DNA from: Clostridia bacterium
GTDB taxonomy: Bacteria; Bacillota; Clostridia; HGM11514
NCBI GenBank assembly: GCA_045586685.1
Contig: JAZNAU010000025.1
Location: 1-64,000, forward strand
Direction of reading: 5' to 3'
Length of the DNA: 64,000 nucleotides
The position numbers were made by a program, and so were the translations under genes. Shown piece after piece: positions 16,241 to 27,252 of this stretch (its first letter is position 1; every line of letters begins with the position of its first letter). The notes below the pieces were generated by a model that worked only from the letters and a program-made list of their open reading frames with translations, searched no databases and was not told the origin of the DNA.

Positions 16241-18763
16241 TTAAGCTGTTACAATTTTACTTGCATCTTGGAGATTCAGCATTTCTACAGCTTGCTCTCT
16301 CATTTTATATTTCAAAATTTTTCCTGCTGCGTTCATGGGAAAACTGTCAACAAAAGCCACATATCTGGGAATCTTATGCTTTGCCATATGATCCCGTACA
16401 TAGGTTTTGATTTCTTCTTCCGTACATTCTTCGCCTTCCTTTAAGATAACGCAAGCCATAATTTCTTCTCCGTACTGCTTGTCAGGAACACCGATGACCT
16501 GAACATCTTTTACCTTATCGTAGGTATAAATGAAATCTTCAATTTCTTTGGGATAAATGTTTTCACCGCCACGGATAATCATATCTTTGATTCTGCCTGT
16601 AATTTTATAGTTTCCGTCAGGCAGACGGCGAGCTAAATCCCCTGTATGCAACCAACCGTCCTTATCAATGGCAGCGGCGGTTGCTTCTGGCATTTTGTAA
16701 TATCCCTTCATAATATTGTAGCCACGTGCGACAAATTCACCGTCTACATTATCAGGCAAATCTTCCCCTGTTTCAGGGTCAACAATTTTGTTTTCTACAC
16801 CAAAAATAGCACTTCCCACCGTATTGACACGAACATCAATGGAATCGGTGGTTTTACTCATGGTACATCCCGGTGAGGCTTCAGTCTGCCCGTAGGTAAT
16901 ACAGATTTCGCTCATGTTCATCTTGTTAATGACATCTTCCATAATTTTAACGGGACAGGGGCTTCCTGCCATAATGCCCGTTCTCATGTAGGAAAAATCC
17001 GTCTTGTCAAAATCTTCATGCTCCAGCATGGCAATAAACATGGTGGGAACACCGTGAAAGGCGGTTATTTTTTCTTTGTTAATACAAGCCAGCCCTTTTC
17101 TGGGTGAAAAGGCCGGAATGGGTGACATGGTGACACCGTGAGTCATAGAGGCGGTCATTGCCAGTACCATGCCGAAGCAGTGGAACATGGGCACCTGAAT
17201 CATCATCCTGTCTGCAGTGGATAAATCCATACAGTCACCAATGGCTTTTCCGTTGTTTACTACATTATAGTGAGTCAACATAACACCTTTTGGGAAACCT
17301 GTGGTTCCGGAGGTGTATTGCATATTACAAACGTCATGTTTATCAATCTGACGGCGACGTGCCTCCACGGCATACAGAGGAACTTGTTCGGCAAGGGCAG
17401 TTGCATCCTCCCAGGTGTAGCAACCGGGTTGACGGCTGTCAATGGTGATAATGTTCCGCAGTTCCGGCAGTCTTAATGAATATAACTGGCCGGGTTTACA
17501 GGTCTGAAGCTCGGGGCAAAGCTCTTTGATAATGCCCACATAGTCAGAATCCTTATAGCCGTCGACCATAACCAAAGTGTGGGTATCAGACTGTTTTAAC
17601 AGGTATTCTGCTTCGTGAATTTTATATGCAGTATTGACCGTAACCAAAACTGCACCGATTTTGGTGGTTGCCCAGAAGGTAATGTACCACGCAGGAACGT
17701 TGGTTGCCCAAATAGCAACGTGATCTCCTTTTCCTACGCCCATGGCAATCAGAGATCTTGCAAAACGATCTACATCATCTCTGAACTGGGGATAGGTTCT
17801 GGTGTAATCAAGCTCTGTATAGCGAAATGCATACTGGTTGGGAAATTCTTCACACATTCTGTCCAACACATCCGGAAACGTGTAGTCAATCAGATGCTCC
17901 TTCGGCCATACATATTTTCCTGTTTTTCTCTTGTTTTCCTGCAACGGATATTTGTGATGGGTGCGGTAGGGTGCCATAAAGTTTGCATAGTGAGGGACTA
18001 CAACCCCTGCATTAGACAAGCCCTTTGACCAACGCTTTACCCATTCCAGAGAAACATAACCATCATATCGCTGAGCATTTAATGCGTCAAACATATCCTT
18101 TAAGGGAAGGTCACCTTCGCCCATCATCTTGTAAGAAACGGTGTTGCCTTCCATCACACTGTCCTTGGTATGTACATACTTAATATAGCTTGACAAGTTT
18201 TTAATGGTATCATAAGGGGATTCATTTGCATACCGATAAGGGTGATGCATATCCCAAAGAGCGGCAATAAACTGGCTGTTTACTGCATCTAGTACGGTTT
18301 TCAATCGCTTTGTATCGGCATACACACCGTTGGTTTCTACCAATAGTGTTACATTCCCGTCTTCAGCAAGCTTAGAAAGCTCCTTTAATATCTGAATAAT
18401 ATATGTATCGTCTACATCACCGCCCGGTGCGGGATCAGAGTCAGCAAGAATACGGATAAACGGTGTGTTCAGCTTTCCTGCCAGTGCAATATAGGTTGCA
18501 ATTTCTTCTACAACACTGTTGTGCTCCTTTTTGTTCTTTAACACGCATCCGGATGATAGGCAGGGAATGGTTAAGCCAAGTTCGTCCAGCTTTTCCACCG
18601 TTCTGGTTAGTTGCGATTCGGTAAAGGGTTTTGCCTTTACTGCGCAAATATCTTCTCCCAGACCGCGAATTTCAATTCCGTCAAAATTTAAATCCTTTGC
18701 CATAGAATAAATATCTGACCAGTCGGAATCGGGACACGCAAGTGTCGAGAAACAAATTTTCAT
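16241..18763 (-). CDS. Fusion: xylose-isomerase-like TIM barrel + AMP-binding acyl-CoA synthetase
   Basis: N-part FSTLACP, GIEIRG, VETNG, WDMHHP, HTKD, SLEW; C-part QYTSGTTGFPKG, YGQTE, WLHTGD, GRIKDMIIRGGENIYPKEIE, GKILK. Confidence 0.9.
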   Translation of the reverse strand: MKICFSTLACPDSDWSDIYSMAKDLNFDGIEIRGLGEDICAVKAKPFTESQLTRTVEKLDELGLTIPCLSSGCVLKNKKEHNSVVEEIATYIALAGKLNTPFIRILADSDPAPGGDVDDTYIIQILKELSKLAEDGNVTLLVETNGVYADTKRLKTVLDAVNSQFIAALWDMHHPYRYANESPYDTIKNLSSYIKYVHTKDSVMEGNTVSYKMMGEGDLPLKDMFDALNAQRYDGYVSLEWVKRWSKGLSNAGVVVPHYANFMAPYRTHHKYPLQENKRKTGKYVWPKEHLIDYTFPDVLDRMCEEFPNQYAFRYTELDYTRTYPQFRDDVDRFARSLIAMGVGKGDHVAIWATNVPAWYITFWATTKIGAVLVTVNTAYKIHEAEYLLKQSDTHTLVMVDGYKDSDYVGIIKELCPELQTCKPGQLYSLRLPELRNIITIDSRQPGCYTWEDATALAEQVPLYAVEARRRQIDKHDVCNMQYTSGTTGFPKGVMLTHYNVVNNGKAIGDCMDLSTADRMMIQVPMFHCFGMVLAMTASMTHGVTMSPIPAFSPRKGLACINKEKITAFHGVPTMFIAMLEHEDFDKTDFSYMRTGIMAGSPCPVKIMEDVINKMNMSEICITYGQTEASPGCTMSKTTDSIDVRVNTVGSAIFGVENKIVDPETGEDLPDNVDGEFVARGYNIMKGYYKMPEATAAAIDKDGWLHTGDLARRLPDGNYKITGRIKDMIIRGGENIYPKEIEDFIYTYDKVKDVQVIGVPDKQYGEEIMACVILKEGEECTEEEIKTYVRDHMAKHKIPRYVAFVDSFPMNAAGKILKYKMREQAVEMLNLQDASKIVTA

Positions 18764-19136
18764 AGAAACAACAGTCCTTTCCTACTATATTGTCATACTG
18801 TTTTCCCAAATAAAAAAGGGATATTATATCAATTTTACACCTTTTTTTCCGTTCTGTCAATCGTTTTGTTTGAATTTTGGGTAGGTGAACAAAGGATGAA
18901 ATTGAATTGATGACATTTATAACAAATATAACAAATCAAGTATGATGAAAAAGAAGTGTCTTGCTTTGGTATTAGAAAAAGAGAATCAGGAGCAGCATCA
19001 ATCCCAGTGCATATCAATACTAATGTCAAAATTTTTGTGGTTTCTTTGGGTTTGTGCTGCCCATAATTTATATTTGGGAACTCTCACTTCTTCCATACAA
19101 TCATGCTCTATAGGATATTCCCGTGCTGATTCCTCT

Positions 19137-20078
19137 TCAAATGTTGGTATTTTTAATAATTTCCTTCAGCTTTTCTGCACTGTTTTGCAGTGCTTTGATT
19201 TCATGATCCTTCAAGGGTAACATGACTTTATTTCGGATGCCCATATTGCCCACGGTGTTTAAAGTACTTAAGCACACATCATCAATACCATATTCCCCGT
19301 GCATCATGGTGGAAACGGTCATGGTGCTGTCTACTCTGTTGAGCAGGCATTTGCAGATATGACAGACAGAAATAGAAACTGCATAGAAGGTGGCACCCTT
19401 GCTTTCAATGACTCTTGCACCCGATTTCCTTACATAGTCTTCTACTTCAGTATAACTAAATTTGGGCATCATCTTGTTGCTGATAAAGGAATTATGACAT
19501 TCCTCAATGGGTACATTGGAAATATTTGTTAAAGACCATGGAATAAATGCAGAATCTCCGTGCTCGCCCAACACATAAGCATGAACATTATTCTGACTAA
19601 TAGAAAAATATTCAGACAGTCTGGAACGAAGTCTTGCAGTATCCAGTGCTGTGCCGGAACCGATGATTCGCTCCTCTGGAATTCCGGAACGCTTACAGAA
19701 CACGTAAGTGAGAATATCAACCGGATTACTCACCAAAAGATAGACAGCGTCCGGTGCATAACGGGTAATATTGGGAATAATACTCTTCAAAATATCAATA
19801 TTGGTTTGTGCAAGCTCCAGACGGGACTGACCGGACTTTCTTGCAACACCTGAAGTAATGATGACAATATCTGATCCTGTAGCGTCCAAATAGTTTCCTG
19901 CATAAACGGAGCAAGGATTACAAAAAGCAACGCCTTGTCTGATATCCAGCGCTTCTCCCAATGCTTTTTCATTGTTAATGTCAATCATTATAATTTCGGA
20001 AGCAATTCCCCAAATGGTCAGTGTATATGCAATGGTAGAGCCAACGCTTCCGGTTCCGATAATCGTAATTTTATTCAT
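19137..20078 (-). CDS. ldh: LDH/MDH family 2-hydroxyacid dehydrogenase (LDH-like, Arg in specificity loop)
   Basis: IIGTGSVG, VSNPVD, GTALDTARLR, GEHGDS, KGATFY; loop GVARKSGQSRLEL suggests malate specificity, so the symbol is tentative. Confidence 0.75.
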   Translation of the reverse strand: MNKITIIGTGSVGSTIAYTLTIWGIASEIIMIDINNEKALGEALDIRQGVAFCNPCSVYAGNYLDATGSDIVIITSGVARKSGQSRLELAQTNIDILKSIIPNITRYAPDAVYLLVSNPVDILTYVFCKRSGIPEERIIGSGTALDTARLRSRLSEYFSISQNNVHAYVLGEHGDSAFIPWSLTNISNVPIEECHNSFISNKMMPKFSYTEVEDYVRKSGARVIESKGATFYAVSISVCHICKCLLNRVDSTMTVSTMMHGEYGIDDVCLSTLNTVGNMGIRNKVMLPLKDHEIKALQNSAEKLKEIIKNTNI

Positions 20079-20453
20079 CTAATGTCACATCCTTTTTGAA
20101 ATTGTCTGTATTTTAACAATATTGAGAAATTTTTTTGATTGATGCGTAATCATTATAGCATATTTTGATTTCTATTTCAACTGATATTCCCCTATTTCCT
20201 TATTTTTCTTCTCGTTCTACAAAACAGAATCTTATATAAAAATATGTAAATTTTTGTTATAGATTTAACAGAATTGTAGATAGAAATCAAGATTGATAAC
20301 TGCATCTTTTCCCTCAGTTTTTTACAACTATTCTCAACTTTGACATATGTAACAGAATTGAAAAAGGAAAAAGGGAAAATGTGTCGAAATTATTAAATAT
20401 TACGGGTTTATGGCCTTTTTAAATCAAACAGAAGAAAAAGGATTGATAATATT

Positions 20454-21974
20454 ATGAAAAAATGGATTGTAACGGCACTTATTTTCTGTTTCCTTTTTTC
20501 AGGAGTGTCTGTTTCTGCGTTTACCGTGCCGGAATGCATTCGGGTAGGTTTGCGTTACGGTTCCGGAGCGGTGAGTGAGGTTTCGGTACATAGTGACTGG
20601 GGCTTGGCGATTGGTTACTATAGTGGAGATTCTTTTGTGTCACTGTATGAGAGTGCTTCAGCTGACGGTGTGATGATGCCTGTTTCCGGAGCGGTGTATG
20701 TTTCCGGTCTTTATGGTACGGCAGAGGAGGCAAGAGCCGTATCCGGTGCAGGATTTATTCTATACCGAAACGGAGAATTTTGTGTAGCTTCCCGTGACTA
20801 TGTGGATGGCTTTCAACAGATTACTATTCCCGATTCCACCATTGCTCTTGTGGTAAACGGTCAGGCGGAATTTGCGGTGAGCGGTGTGAAAACGGCAGTT
20901 CATCACCGGGGAAGCGGATTTATCAATGCGTTGGGAAAACAATACCGTGACGGGTTGGAGCTGATTCGTTCCGGTTCTGCGATTTCGGTGATCAATGTAG
21001 TAGGTCTTGAACATTATTTATATGGGGTTGTACCCGGTGAAATGCCTTCCTCTTTTGAACCCGAGGCATTAAAGGTTCAGGCAGTTTGTGCAAGAAATTA
21101 TGCCATGCGGAGCTTAGGAAACTATTCTCAGTACGGCTTTGATGTCACACCCGACACCTCCAGCCAGATGTATCTGGGGGTTTCAGGCGAAACCGCAGCC
21201 ACCACCGCAGCAGTGGATGCTACTGCGAAAAATATATTACTGTATAACGGAGAACCAGCTCTTACAGTATATTCCAGCATGAGCGGGGGTGCTACTGAAA
21301 ATGTAGCAAATGTGTGGGTGAGCCCCCTGCCTTATCTGTGCGGTGTGCCTGACCCTTATGAAAATTGCGAAAACATTCGTGGCGGTACATGGAGAGAGGA
21401 AAGAACCCCCGCTCAGATTGCCTCTGCTTTGGCAGCAGTAGGGAAACATGTGGGCACAGTAACCAATGTTTCGGTGGAGGAATATACTCCGGCGGGAGGT
21501 GTGCTTCGTCTGAAAATTACGGGAACAGAAGGAAGTTGCGAGTTGACAAAGGAAAGCACCAGAACGACCTTTGGATTTCGCAGTCAGAAGTATACTGTAA
21601 ACGGTGGAGGACAAACGATTGTTACTACCGGCAGTACGGTAATGCTGCAGGACAGTCGGTCTGCCCGATATAAAAATGCAAAAATCGGCGAAAATGCAAA
21701 GGAATTTTTAACAGTTGCCCAAGCGTTTGAATCAGAGGAGCTTTTTTGGGCGTCCATGGGAGTTACCCAAATAGAAAAAGAGTCTCAGACAGACACGGTA
21801 GCAATTCCTTCCGGTACAGGTGTCAATGAAAACGAAGTGTTTGTATTTGAAGGAAAAGGCTACGGTCACGGACTGGGCATGAGCCAGTGGGGTGCTCAAG
21901 GCATGGCATTGGCAGGCTTTTCCTATGAGGAAATTCTTGCTCATTATTTTCCGGGTACTACATTACAGAAATAG
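20454..21974 (+). CDS. SpoIID/LytB domain protein with signal peptide
   Basis: Signal peptide; [54 protein letters not shown]. Confidence 0.9.
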   Translation: MKKWIVTALIFCFLFSGVSVSAFTVPECIRVGLRYGSGAVSEVSVHSDWGLAIGYYSGDSFVSLYESASADGVMMPVSGAVYVSGLYGTAEEARAVSGAGFILYRNGEFCVASRDYVDGFQQITIPDSTIALVVNGQAEFAVSGVKTAVHHRGSGFINALGKQYRDGLELIRSGSAISVINVVGLEHYLYGVVPGEMPSSFEPEALKVQAVCARNYAMRSLGNYSQYGFDVTPDTSSQMYLGVSGETAATTAAVDATAKNILLYNGEPALTVYSSMSGGATENVANVWVSPLPYLCGVPDPYENCENIRGGTWREERTPAQIASALAAVGKHVGTVTNVSVEEYTPAGGVLRLKITGTEGSCELTKESTRTTFGFRSQKYTVNGGGQTIVTTGSTVMLQDSRSARYKNAKIGENAKEFLTVAQAFESEELFWASMGVTQIEKESQTDTVAIPSGTGVNENEVFVFEGKGYGHGLGMSQWGAQGMALAGFSYEEILAHYFPGTTLQK

Positions 21975-21988
21975 AAAGGAACTTCATT

Positions 21989-23014
21989 GTGAATGTATCA
22001 GATTTTCGGTTTGACCTTCCTGAAGAACTGATTGCCCAGCATCCGGCAGAGAAACGGGATCATTCCCGCCTGATGGTGCTGGACAAGGAAACGGGACAAG
22101 TCAGCCACGAAACTTTTTATCAAATTAAGGAGCACTTGCGTTCTGGAGATTGTCTGGTGCTCAATAACACCCGTGTGATTCCTGCTCGTCTTTACGGAGT
22201 AAAGGAAGGTACGGGAGGCGCCATAGAATTTGTGTTACTGCGGAGAATCGAAGGGGATGTCTGGGAGGTTATTTTAAAGCCGGGCAGACGTGCGAAGCCC
22301 GGTACTCGGTTTGTATTCGGTGACGGAGAATTAAAAGCAGAAATCTTAGAAATCGGAGAACAGGGGAATCGGATTGTCAAATTTTTCTATGAAGGAATTT
22401 TTGAAGAGGTGTTAGACCGTGTGGGGAATATGCCCTTGCCTCCTTATATTAAAGAAAAATTAAAGGACAGGGAACGGTATCAGACGGTGTATTCAAAACA
22501 TGAGGGTTCTGCCGCCGCCCCCACTGCCGGACTTCATTTTACCAATGAACTTTTGGATGAAATCCGCCAAATGGGCGTGGAGGTGCATTTTGTAACTCTG
22601 CATGTGGGACTTGGTACGTTTCGTCCTGTTAAGACAGAACGGGTAGAGGATCACCCCATGCATGCAGAATTTTATACTGTCCCTGAAGAAACCGCAACTG
22701 CGGTCAACCGCGCCAAGCAAGAGGGCAGACGGGTGATTGCGGTAGGAACTACCTCGGTCAGAACATTAGAGTCTGCTTGGGATAAGACCCAAGGACTGAC
22801 TGCAAAATCAGACAGCACTTGTATTTTCATTTATCCGGGGTATGAATTTCAGGTAGTAGATGCCTTGATTACCAATTTTCATTTAAGCGAATCAACCCTT
22901 CTCATGCTGGTCAGTACATTGGCAGGAAGGGAAAATGTATTAAACGCATATAAAATCGCAGTAGAGGAACGGTATCGGTTTTTCAGTTTTGGCGATGCTA
23001 TGTTCATCCAATAG
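21989..23014 (+). CDS. queA: S-adenosylmethionine:tRNA ribosyltransferase-isomerase
   Basis: [53 protein letters not shown]. Confidence 0.97.
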   Translation: MNVSDFRFDLPEELIAQHPAEKRDHSRLMVLDKETGQVSHETFYQIKEHLRSGDCLVLNNTRVIPARLYGVKEGTGGAIEFVLLRRIEGDVWEVILKPGRRAKPGTRFVFGDGELKAEILEIGEQGNRIVKFFYEGIFEEVLDRVGNMPLPPYIKEKLKDRERYQTVYSKHEGSAAAPTAGLHFTNELLDEIRQMGVEVHFVTLHVGLGTFRPVKTERVEDHPMHAEFYTVPEETATAVNRAKQEGRRVIAVGTTSVRTLESAWDKTQGLTAKSDSTCIFIYPGYEFQVVDALITNFHLSESTLLMLVSTLAGRENVLNAYKIAVEERYRFFSFGDAMFIQ

Positions 23015-23098
23015 CGAATGAACAGGGAATAGCGAAGAGGTAAGGATGGTTTTCGCTAAAGCGAAAACTGAGTTCTTTTTGGAAATGAGGATGAAGAA

Positions 23099-24232
23099 AT
23101 GTCTTTTCAAGTATTAAAAACCATAGGAGAAGCCAGACGCGGCGTCATGGAAACGGTACACGGTACCATTCAGACACCGGTGTTTATGAATGTAGGAACC
23201 CTGGCGGCAATCAAGGGGGCGGTGTCGGCTCCTGATTTAAAAGAGCTTGGATGTCAGGTGGAGCTTTCCAATACCTATCATCTTCACTTGCGTCCGGGGG
23301 ATCACATTGTAAAAAAAATGGGCGGTCTTCATAAATTTATGAATTGGGACAAACCTATTTTAACAGACAGTGGCGGATTTCAAGTGTTTTCCCTGTCCGG
23401 AATCCGTAAAATTAAGGAGGAAGGGGTTACCTTTGCCTCTCATATTGACGGACGGCGGATTTTTATGGGGCCGGAGGAAAGCATGCAGATTCAGTCCAAT
23501 CTGGCAAGCACCATTGCTATGGCATTTGATGAATGTGTGGAAAATCCCTCTCCTTATGAGTACACCAAACAATCCATGGAGCGTACCATTCGCTGGCTCC
23601 ATCGGTGCAGAGCGGAAATGGATCGGCTAAATGCTTTGGAGGATACCTTAAATCCTGCACAAATGCTGTTCGGGATCAATCAGGGGGGAACGTATGCCGA
23701 CCTTCGGGTAGAATCAATGAAACGGACGGTAGAAGTGCCTTTGGACGGAATTGCTATTGGGGGACTTGCAGTAGGAGAACCGGCACCTGTTATGTACGAA
23801 ATGATTGAAACTGTGATGCCCTATGCACCGAAAGATAAGCCTCGATATCTGATGGGTGTGGGAACACCTGTGAATATTTTGGAAGCAGTGCACAGAGGGG
23901 TGGACTTCTTTGACTGCGTGATGCCCAGCCGAAATGCAAGACATGGGCATCTGTTTACCGAGGACGGCATCATGCATATGTTAAATGCCAAGTACGAAAC
24001 CGATGACAAACCCATTGATGAGCATTGTAACTGTCCTGTCTGCCGTCAGTATTCCAGAGGGTATCTTCGTCATTTGTTTAAGGCAAAGGAAATGCTTGCA
24101 ATGCGGCTTTGTGTCATGCATAATCTTTATTTTTACAACCACCTGATGGAAGAAATCCGACTGGCAATGGAAGAAGACCGCTGGGAAGAATTTTATCAGG
24201 AAAAACGAGTGAAATACGAACAGAGGGTGTAA
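23099..24232 (+). CDS. tgt: tRNA-guanine(34) transglycosylase
   Basis: TPVFMNVGT, NTYHL, TDSGGFQVFSL, GGLAVGE, RYLMGVG, CNCPVC zinc site, HNL. Confidence 0.97.
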   Translation: MSFQVLKTIGEARRGVMETVHGTIQTPVFMNVGTLAAIKGAVSAPDLKELGCQVELSNTYHLHLRPGDHIVKKMGGLHKFMNWDKPILTDSGGFQVFSLSGIRKIKEEGVTFASHIDGRRIFMGPEESMQIQSNLASTIAMAFDECVENPSPYEYTKQSMERTIRWLHRCRAEMDRLNALEDTLNPAQMLFGINQGGTYADLRVESMKRTVEVPLDGIAIGGLAVGEPAPVMYEMIETVMPYAPKDKPRYLMGVGTPVNILEAVHRGVDFFDCVMPSRNARHGHLFTEDGIMHMLNAKYETDDKPIDEHCNCPVCRQYSRGYLRHLFKAKEMLAMRLCVMHNLYFYNHLMEEIRLAMEEDRWEEFYQEKRVKYEQRV

Positions 24233-24236
24233 GAAA

Positions 24237-24731
24237 ATGTACTATGCCATGTATGAAAAAGTAAAAAATGATCAATCTCCTTTTCATCAAAAGGTGTTGC
24301 GGTTGAATTATCATATTCCCATTGGGGAGGTCTATAAAGCGATCAATCATTGTTTTCGGGCTGTGAAAGCAGAGGAAGAACTGATTTTCGCTCCTGATTT
24401 TTTGGAATGTGCCATTCCTGTGACGGAAGAGGCGTATACCGTTGCACGGGAAAGCTTTTATCAGGCGATGTTTTCTCATATAGTGCCTATGGGTCAAAAA
24501 TACCCGGGTGCAAGAACGGGTGTGTTTGATAGGACACAGAGCTGGTATCTCCGTGTTTTTGCTGAAGATTTGGAGGATGTGAGCGAAGGGGAATTTCTGT
24601 GTGGTAATTTTGAATTGTACGCCCCTGATGAATTGCTGGAAGCGGCGGAACAAGCAGTTGCTAAAACAGTAGAAGGTCATTTGCTGAAAGAAGGAGCAAA
24701 AAAATATATTGAGGAAATTACAGAAGCGTAA
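24237..24731 (+). CDS. Hypothetical protein, 164 aa
   Basis: Starts 4 nt after tgt stop and fills the gap to the next gene; no family recognised. Confidence 0.7.
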   Translation: MYYAMYEKVKNDQSPFHQKVLRLNYHIPIGEVYKAINHCFRAVKAEEELIFAPDFLECAIPVTEEAYTVARESFYQAMFSHIVPMGQKYPGARTGVFDRTQSWYLRVFAEDLEDVSEGEFLCGNFELYAPDELLEAAEQAVAKTVEGHLLKEGAKKYIEEITEA

Positions 24732-24746
24732 AGGATTGAAAAAAAG

Positions 24747-25634
24747 GTGATAAAAAAAGAAGTCATTGCTCCTTGGTTGATTGTAGGGGCAGGAATGTTA
24801 TGGGGGACAATGGGAGTTTTTGTCCGTCATTTGAAAACAATAGGACTAACAACTCTTCAGATTTCCGCCATTCGTCTTACTGTGGCGGCAATTATGTTTT
24901 TGATTGGCTTGGCAGTTTCGGGAAGGGGAAAACGAAGAGTTGAAAAAAAGGATTTCGGATGGTTTGTTTTGACCGGAATTGTTAGTATTTTTTTCATGTG
25001 TGTATTTTATTTTTCCTCAATTTCTCTCAGTTCTATGGCAACGGCAGCCATTTTGTTATACACAGCTCCCTTTTTTGTGCTGATTACCTCGGTTGCTTTG
25101 TTTGGTGAAACAATGACGGTAAAAAAGGGGATTGCCCTTTTTGTTGCCTTTGGAGGTTGCGCTTTGGTAACGGGTACAGGTAAGGCAAGCATTTGGGGAA
25201 TTGTGACGGGCTTACTTTCCGGAATCAGTTATGCTTCCTACAGTATTTTCGGCACTGTGCTTTTGAAAAAATATGCCCCTCTCACGGTAACGGCTTATGC
25301 ATTTTTGTTTGCCTCTACGGGAGCATTGCTTTTTTGCAACGTGCCGGATATGGTATTAAAGCTGATTGTCTCAGGTTCGGTCAATACCTTCTTTTGGTGT
25401 GTCGGTATGGGGGTTATAACAGCAGCGGCTCCCTTTACTTTGTACACTGCGGGATTACAGCATACTCCTGCCGGAAAAGCGGCAATTCTTGCATTTGTAG
25501 AACCTATGGTGGCGGCGATCTTAGGAATGGCAGTGTTTCAAGAATCTTTAGAATTAACAGCAATGTTTGGAATTATTTTAATACTTTTTGCAGTTTTTCT
25601 TCTTAATGGGAAAAATACGGATTGTGCCGATTAA
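24747..25634 (+). CDS. EamA/DMT family transporter
   Basis: About 10 TM; LWGTMG, AAILLYTAP, AAILAFVEPMVA. Confidence 0.9.
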   Translation: MIKKEVIAPWLIVGAGMLWGTMGVFVRHLKTIGLTTLQISAIRLTVAAIMFLIGLAVSGRGKRRVEKKDFGWFVLTGIVSIFFMCVFYFSSISLSSMATAAILLYTAPFFVLITSVALFGETMTVKKGIALFVAFGGCALVTGTGKASIWGIVTGLLSGISYASYSIFGTVLLKKYAPLTVTAYAFLFASTGALLFCNVPDMVLKLIVSGSVNTFFWCVGMGVITAAAPFTLYTAGLQHTPAGKAAILAFVEPMVAAILGMAVFQESLELTAMFGIILILFAVFLLNGKNTDCAD

Positions 25635-25770
25635 AATTGTTTTTGTTTTTAATAAAAATGTATTGCTATTTTTGAAATTTAGTAGTATAATTAAAAATGA
25701 AAAAAAGCAAGGTGTTATTAAACACAACAAAAGATAAATTATGATTTTATGGGAATAGGAGCGATTTTTT

Positions 25771-27249
25771 ATGTTTACTTATGCCAAACCGGAGGAAGTG
25801 GGGATTTCCTCAAAAAGTATTAAGAGATATATAGAAGTTCTGGAAAAAGCGGGACTCTCCAATCATTCAGTTATCATTGCTCGACATGATAAGATTGTTT
25901 ATGAAAACTACTGGGCACCCTTTCACAAGGATTTCTTGCACAGAATGTATTCTGTGACAAAAAGTTTTGTTTCTCTTGCCATAGGTGCTCTTTACGAAGA
26001 AGGAAAGCTTTCTCTGGATGATAAAATTGTAGATTTATTTCCGCCTGAAATTACGGAAGGTGCCTGTGAAAACGTAAAAAAACAAACGGTTCGTAATATG
26101 TTGATGATGAGCACAGGTTATCCGTACAGCGGGCCGGGAAGTTGGTTTGTCCAAAAACCGGCTGACAGACTTCGGCATTATTTCAAATCAAGCGGGGATG
26201 GCACTATTCCGAAGGTTCCCGGAGCTTTATTTAATTATGATTCCCCTGGCTCCTTTGTACTGGGTGCATTGGTAGAGGAATTGTCCGGTATGAGTTTACT
26301 GGACTACCTTCGCAGTAAATTTCTTGATAAAATCGGTTTTTCGAAGGAAGCTTATATGTTGCAGTGTCCGGGGGGGCACTCCTGGGGCGATTCGGCATTG
26401 ATGTGTACCTCCATGGATTTGCTGAAAACGGCGAAATTTACCATGAATTTAGGCTCCTGGGAAGGAGAACAGCTCCTTGACAGAGAGTATGTTCGCACGG
26501 CAACCTCCAATTTGATTTCCACTCATCATCGGGAACATCCTTCTGTGTATGGTTACGGCTATCAGATTTGGAGACTTCGTGATAACAGCTTTTTCTTTAA
26601 CGGATTGGCTTGTCAGTTTGGGGTTTGTATTCCAGATAAGGACATTGTTTTTGTTTATAACGGGGACAATCACGGAAATCCATCTGCCAAAACCATTGTA
26701 TTGGATAATTTCTTTAATCTGGTTGTGGACGAGGTCGGAGAACCTATGCCGGATAACGATGCTGATTATAACGCATTGACGGAGTACAGCCGTTCACTTG
26801 TGCTGAATCACTGCGGTGAAGGTGTAGCTGACAATATTTCTGATCAAATCAACGGCAAGACTTTTAGCCTCAATGAAAATCCTATGGGCATAAAGACAAT
26901 TCGATTTACTTTTTCCGGTGATGAGGGTGTTATGGAGTACACCAATGAACAGGGAGATAAGAAGCTTGCTTTTGGAATGGGAAAAAATGTATTTACTAAA
27001 TTTCCTCAGGAAGGTTATTCCGATATGGTAGGCACCGTGTATGAAAAAGGAAATTATTACGATTGTGCTGTTTCTGCTCAATGGCAAGAAAAAAGCATGC
27101 TGTATGTATCTGTTCAAATTATTGATAAGTATTTCGGGCGGTTGCATATGTATTTTGCCTTTACCGAGGATGGTCAAATCGTAGTGCAAATGAAAAAAAC
27201 TGCAGAAGCCTTTTTGAATGAATATAACGGTTTCGCAACAGGACAATAA
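25771..27249 (+). CDS. Serine hydrolase, beta-lactamase/class C-like family
   Basis: SxxK in YSVTKS, LMMSTG, FNYDS, YGYGYQIW; no signal peptide. Confidence 0.85.
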   Translation: MFTYAKPEEVGISSKSIKRYIEVLEKAGLSNHSVIIARHDKIVYENYWAPFHKDFLHRMYSVTKSFVSLAIGALYEEGKLSLDDKIVDLFPPEITEGACENVKKQTVRNMLMMSTGYPYSGPGSWFVQKPADRLRHYFKSSGDGTIPKVPGALFNYDSPGSFVLGALVEELSGMSLLDYLRSKFLDKIGFSKEAYMLQCPGGHSWGDSALMCTSMDLLKTAKFTMNLGSWEGEQLLDREYVRTATSNLISTHHREHPSVYGYGYQIWRLRDNSFFFNGLACQFGVCIPDKDIVFVYNGDNHGNPSAKTIVLDNFFNLVVDEVGEPMPDNDADYNALTEYSRSLVLNHCGEGVADNISDQINGKTFSLNENPMGIKTIRFTFSGDEGVMEYTNEQGDKKLAFGMGKNVFTKFPQEGYSDMVGTVYEKGNYYDCAVSAQWQEKSMLYVSVQIIDKYFGRLHMYFAFTEDGQIVVQMKKTAEAFLNEYNGFATGQ

Positions 27250-27252
27250 AGA

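Noticed and set aside
18835-19220. ORFs 18835..19029 (-) and 18942..19220 (+)
   Set aside because: AT-rich spacer, no RBS or motifs; the second overlaps the dehydrogenase antisense
25771-27249. Antibiotic resistance beta-lactamase
   Set aside because: No signal peptide, non-canonical second motif, no mobile context
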